DNA from: Octopus vulgaris
Lineage: Eukaryota
Direction of reading: 5' to 3'
DNA length: 64,000 bases
NCBI GenBank assembly: GCA_951406725.2
Contig: OX597843.1
Location: 8,494,001 to 8,558,000, forward strand
This document shows, piece by piece, positions 58,511 through 64,000 of the stretch (its first letter is position 1; each line of letters opens with the position of its first letter). A program made the position numbers and the translations under genes. The notes below the pieces were generated by a model. It saw only the letters and a program-made list of their open reading frames with translations. It had not been told where the DNA came from and made no database searches.

Positions 58511-58904
58511 ATAATATTAATTAGAGACAACACCACTATTATGCAAATCAAACAAAGAAAGACTTAATCCAATACATAAAAAATTTTATATAAATTAAAT
58601 AAAATTAAGTTATCCACTACAATTGTTTCCTGTCACTTCTAAGGACATTCATCAGGTGGTTTCAAGACCTTCTATTCAATTTTAAATTATGAAGTAATTA
58701 CTTCATAATTTAAAATTGAATAGAAGGTCTTTTCATAATTTAAAATTGAATAGAAGGTCTTGAAACCACCTGATGAATGTCCTTAGAAGTGACAGGAAAC
58801 AATTGTAGTGGATAACTTAATTTTATTTAATTTATATAAAATTTTTTATGTATTGGATTAAGTCTTTCTTTGTTTGATTTGCATAATAGTGGTTTTGTCT
58901 CTAA

Positions 58905-58916
<12 letters not shown>
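58511..58916. repeat. Near-perfect spacerless palindrome with one HHR in each arm
   Basis: Centre gaagtaattacttc (58691-58704); HHR ccac CTGATGA atgtc..gacag GAAA caatt GTA gtgg at 58766-58811 (+) and 58614-58659 (-). Confidence 0.92.
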
Positions 58917-58980
<64 letters not shown>

Positions 58981-59249
58981 TCATATATATATATATAAAA
59001 AAGCATGGCTGTGTGGTAAGAAGCTTGCTTCACAACCATATGGCTCTGGGTTCAGTTCCAATGCGCAGCACCTTAGGTAAATGTCTTCTACTATAGGTTC
59101 AGAATATTTTGACCGAATTTAGCTGGATCAATCACTGAAGTGTTATAGTGATCGAATAAATAGATTTTTATTTTTTGTCTTTTCCTCGAGCGAGGTCAGA
59201 CTCATGCCAAGTCTCATCTCTGTGTTTATCATTACCATTCAAGTATTTT

Positions 59250-59780
59250 TCCAGACTCAAGAGATTAAGACTCTATTCCTTAGAGCGTAGGCGAGAAAGA
59301 TATGCCATAATATACACCTGGAAGATCCTGGAAGGACTTGTCCCAAACTTTGGCATCGAGAGTTACGCAAATGCCAGAACTGGGCGCCACTGCATAGTGC
59401 CAAGGACTCCAAATTTGCCATCAAGATGTAGGACAAGATACTGTGATAGCCTGGGCTTCCGAAGCCCACAGCTCTTCAATATCCTCCCGAAAAACCTGAG
59501 GGACCTGCATGGGGTGGATGCAGATGTCTTTAAAATAAAACTGGACCCCTTCCTGTCAGGTGTCCCAGACGAACCAACTTCACGGCAGGAAGTGCAGATG
59601 AGGACAGCTGCATCGAACTCTCTCATGCACCAAATGTTAATTGCTAAAAAGCATTCGTGAAGTAAAATCATATAGCAACACCAAATGGCGGTGCCCCGGC
59701 ATGGCCACAGCTCGTGAGCTGAAACTAGATAAAATAAAATAAAATAAAATAAAATAAAATAAAATAAAATAAAATAAATA
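59250..59780 (+). mobile_element. 5'-truncated CR1-group LINE: ORF2 C-terminus, 3' UTR, (TAAAA)n tail
   Basis: RLKRLRLYSLERRRERYAIIYTWKIL...LFNILP...FKIKLDPFL resembles the post-RT region of CR1-group ORF2; stop at 59660. Confidence 0.85.
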
Positions 59781-60221
59781 GATATTGCATAGAATTATTT
59801 GTTTCTCTGGTTATTTATTTGATTCCATATATCAAGTATTTGCAAGCTTACAAAAGTTAAGTCGGATCTTTTGAAAACCAGCCCCTCTGGGGAATTTTGC
59901 TTTCTTTAAAAGACAAATCAATGGAGAAGACAAAGATATAGCCCAGAGCTTTCGGTATCCGTGATGTGGCTGACTTCGTTACCAGTTGTTAAGCAGCAAA
60001 ATAAACATCACCACCCGCTTCGCGATCATCATTTGAGGGCAAAGAATCTCAACATGACTTCCATCTTCTCTTTCCTCTTGTTTTCACGTATGTTCCATTG
60101 TTTCTTCGGAAGCAGACAGAGGAGGGGGGTGTTGGGTCCCTAGGAAATGGTTACATAATTTTCTTTTTTCTTTCACAAAATTCTGCTCAAAAGTCTGTAG
60201 AAGCTCTTGGAGAACCGCGGA

Positions 60222-60632
60222 GGGATCTTTTCGGTTTGACCGGCAGTTTTTTCTAGCGGTGTCATATGAAATTGTCACCCATAATTATGACCCTAGTATC
60301 GATCTATTGCATTTCAATCTCTTTTAGGGTTAGGGCTAGTTAGGGTTAGAGTTAGGGTTAGGGATCTTTTCGGTTTGAACGGCAGTTTTTTCTAGCGGTA
60401 TCATATGAAATTGTCACCCATAATTATGACCCTAGTATCGATCTATTGCATTTCAATCTCTCTTAGGGTTAGGGCTAGTTAGGGTTAGAGTTAGGGTTAG
60501 GGATCTTTTCGGTTTGAACGGCAGTTTTTTCTAGCGGTGTCATATGAAATTGTCACCCATAATTATGACCCTAGAATCGATCTATTGCATTTCAATCTGT
60601 TTTAGGGTTAGGGTTAGAGTTAGGGTTAGGGG
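60222..60632 (+). repeat. Three 139-bp tandem units ending in telomere-like TTAGGG repeats
   Basis: gggatcttttcggtttga at 60222, 60361, 60500; each ends ttagggttaggg..ttagagttagggtta. Confidence 0.95.
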
Positions 60633-60863
60633 TGGGGAGAAGGGTATCTTTTTTTTCTTCAGAAATGTAAATAAGCCCAATCTGTTTCTTAAACGAGGGA
60701 CATATTCATACGGCACAGAATGTTTTTATTTTCACCTCAATAGAGGTAAAAATCGCCTATATTTTTGTTTGTGTTATTATTATTTATAATTGTTACACTG
60801 GATAATAACAAAGTCAATAATATCTTTCCCGAATAGTTTCTCCTGAATTATTTGCTCCATATA

Positions 60864-60987
<124 letters not shown>

Positions 60988-61131
60988 ATATATATATGTA
61001 TATATATATACATACGCATATATATATACACTCCCTCATACACACACTAGCTAGGTATTGAGGTGTATGCGTACACATATATATACTTTTAACAGACGTA
61101 GTCATCTCTCGCGTTCTCTTCTCTTTCTCCA

Positions 61132-61223
<92 letters not shown>

Positions 61224-61250
61224 GTATACATATATGTATATATATCTATC

Positions 61251-61281
<31 letters not shown>

Positions 61282-61601
61282 CTATATATATATATACATA
61301 TATATATAATGTACGTATGTATTTATGTATTATGTCTAAAGTTGACAGTGTCCTTTGTATTTCGCCGTTGGCTGACCAATGGCCAACTGTTGTCCAGTTA
61401 ATTGTATTGGCAATGTTTAAATAGTTCTGTGGAGTGTCGAGATGTCGGCCGCGATGGCGTGTCAGAGGTGCCATTGAAGTTAACTCGATATAACGACCCA
61501 AGAACTATGCAAAAAAATGGCTGTGCATATGTGTGTGTGTGTTGTGTATCTCTCTGCTTGCCTATCCGTCTCTCCCTCTCTCTTTCTCTCTCTCTCTCAC
61601 C

Positions 61602-61678
<77 letters not shown>

Positions 61679-61680
<2 letters not shown>

Positions 61681-62076
61681 CGCAGGAGTGGCTGTGTGGT
61701 AAGTAGCTTGCTTACCAACCACATGGTTCCGGGTTCAGTCCTACTGCGTGGCATCTTGGGCAAGTGTCTTCTGCTATAGCCCCGGGCCGACCAATGCCTT
61801 GTGAGTGGATTTGGTAGACGGAAACTGAAAGAAGCCTGTCGTATATATGTATATATATATATATGTATGTGTGTCTGTGTTTGGGTGTCTGTGTTTGTCA
61901 CCCTAGCATTGCTTTACAACCGATGCTGGTGTGTTTACGTCCCCGTCACTTAGCGGTTAATACTAATAAGTACTGGGCTTACAAAGAATGAGTCCCGGGG
62001 TCGATTTGCTCGACTAAAGGCGGTGCTCCAGCATGGCCGCAGTCAAATGACTGAAACAAGTAAAAGAGTAAAAGAG
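61679..62076 (+). mobile_element. SINE family A, near full length
   Basis: ggcgcaggagtggctgtgtgg ... (gtaaaaga)n. Confidence 0.93.
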
Positions 62077-62112
62077 AATATATATATATAATTTATATTA
62101 TATAATAGTGAT

Positions 62113-62420
62113 GGCGCATGGCTCAGTGGTTGGAGTGTCGAGCTTACGATCGTGAGGTTGTGGGCTCGAATCCCGGACCGGAATGCGCGTCGTGTTCTTG
62201 AGCAAGACACTCTATTTCACGTTGCTCCAGTTCACTCAGCTGGAGAAATGAGTTGCGATGTCACAGGTGCCAAGCTGTATCGGCCCCTTTGCCTTTCCCT
62301 GGGATATCACTGGTGACGTGGAGAGAGAAGGCCGGTATGCATGGGCGACTGCTGGTCTTCCATAAACAACCTTGCCAGGACTTGGGCCTGGGAGGGTAAC
62401 TTCCTAGGTGCAATCCCAAG
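62113..62420 (+). mobile_element. tRNA-derived SINE related to family B
   Basis: tggctcagtggttgg (A box), ggctcgaatccc (B box), cttgagcaagacact..atttcacgttgctccagttcactcagctgg shared with 46670-46717; different 3' body. Confidence 0.8.
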
Positions 62421-62443
62421 GTCTATGTCTCCTTCACATGATT

Positions 62444-62635
62444 CAAGTCACTTGACTGCGGCTATGCTGGAGCACCGCCTTAAAGGGCTTTCAGTCGAGC
62501 AAATCGACCCCAGGACTTAATCTCTGTAGGCCGAGTACTTATTCTATCGGTTACTTTTGCCGAACTGCTAGTTTCATTGGACTAAACACACCAACACAGC
62601 TTGTCAATATTTGATGAGGGGACTAACACAGACAC
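62444..62635 (-). mobile_element. SINE family A 3' half
   Basis: ttgactgcggctatgctggagcaccgcc...aaacacacca. Confidence 0.85.
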
Positions 62636-62706
62636 AAAGATATACACACACACACGTACAAATGTATATATATATATGTATATATATACATGTATATATA
62701 TACATA

Positions 62707-62781
<75 letters not shown>

Positions 62782-62891
62782 AACACAATTGCAGCGTGGA
62801 AGGAGTTTATAAGCGATTTAAGAAACACACATAAGCCGTTCGATTCACTCCAACATTTAAGTTTAATTTTAATACATGTATATATATATAC

Positions 62892-62934
<43 letters not shown>

Positions 62935-62950
62935 GAGGCACACATACATA

Positions 62951-62994
<44 letters not shown>

Positions 62995-63054
62995 TACACA
63001 CACACACACATATATATATATACATACATATATCCCATTTTTCGTCTATTGAAC

Positions 63055-63055
<1 letters not shown>

Positions 63056-63135
<80 letters not shown>

Positions 63136-63204
63136 GGATGGATAGACAGATAGATAGATAGAGAGATAGAGAGATAGAGAGATAGATGGATGGATGGATG
63201 GATG

Positions 63205-63274
<70 letters not shown>

Positions 63275-63275
63275 C
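63056..63275. repeat. (AGAT)n microsatellite
   Basis: Tetramer run. Confidence 0.95.
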
Positions 63276-63479
63276 AGACAGTTAAATAGATAGATAGGCA
63301 TATAGATATATCAGTAGATAGATAGAAGGATAGATAGGTGCATATTTGTGTGGATTTACACGTACATTTATATATTCGTGTATGATACATTTTTACTTCA
63401 AAACCTTCGGTCGCACACACGCAGAAATGTTCAAGTTTATGTATATACATGTGTGTGTGTATGCGTGTTTGTTTGTGTA

Positions 63480-63533
<54 letters not shown>

Positions 63534-63655
63534 GAAATATACGCCAATATACATGTATACACATATCTACCTCTCCCTTGGTGTGTGTGTGTGTAGAAAT
63601 ATACGCCAATGAACATATCTATCTCTCCCTCAGAGTGTCTGTGTGTGTTTGTGTA

Positions 63656-63717
<62 letters not shown>

Positions 63718-63719
63718 CG

Positions 63720-63944
63720 TCTGTGCGTCTGTGTTTGTGTGTCTGTGTTTGTCCCCCCAACATTGTTTGACAACCGATGCTGGTGTGTTTACGTCCCCGT
63801 CACTTAGCGGTTCGACAAAAGAGACCGATAGAACAAGTACTGGGCTTAGAAAAGAATAAGTCCCGGGGTCGATTTGCTCGACTAAAGGCGGTGCTCCAGC
63901 ATGGCCACAGTCAAATGACTGAAACAAGTAAAAGAGTAAAAGAA
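63720..63944 (+). mobile_element. SINE family A 3' half
   Basis: tgacaaccgatgctggtgtg ... gactgaaacaagtaaaagag. Confidence 0.9.
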
Positions 63945-64000
63945 TATATATATATATATACTTGGAGGTATTTTCCTGTGTTGTATGCGTTGCGTGGGTA

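Overview
AT-rich, microsatellite-saturated animal genomic DNA. The SINE repertoire and repeat style suggest an octopus-like cephalopod (inference). Almost all ORFs in the supplied track are translated simple repeats. Real content: (1) many copies of four tRNA-type SINE families; (2) a 5'-truncated CR1-group LINE end (59250-59780) whose 3' tail is shared with the main SINE, including a covarying stem-loop; (3) a decayed Penelope-type GIY-YIG endonuclease fragment; (4) a probable first coding exon and promoter of an unidentified minus-strand gene near 39.4-40.0 kb; (5) two 140-170 bp tandem arrays, one containing TTAGGG. The standout signal is about ten type I hammerhead ribozyme (HHR) motifs from at least seven unrelated sequence families, read by eye. 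They occur singly, as 256- and 326-bp tandem units (retrozyme-like), in head-to-head palindromes, and once enclosed in its own terminal stem. All structures are manual pairings; none was computed or tested.
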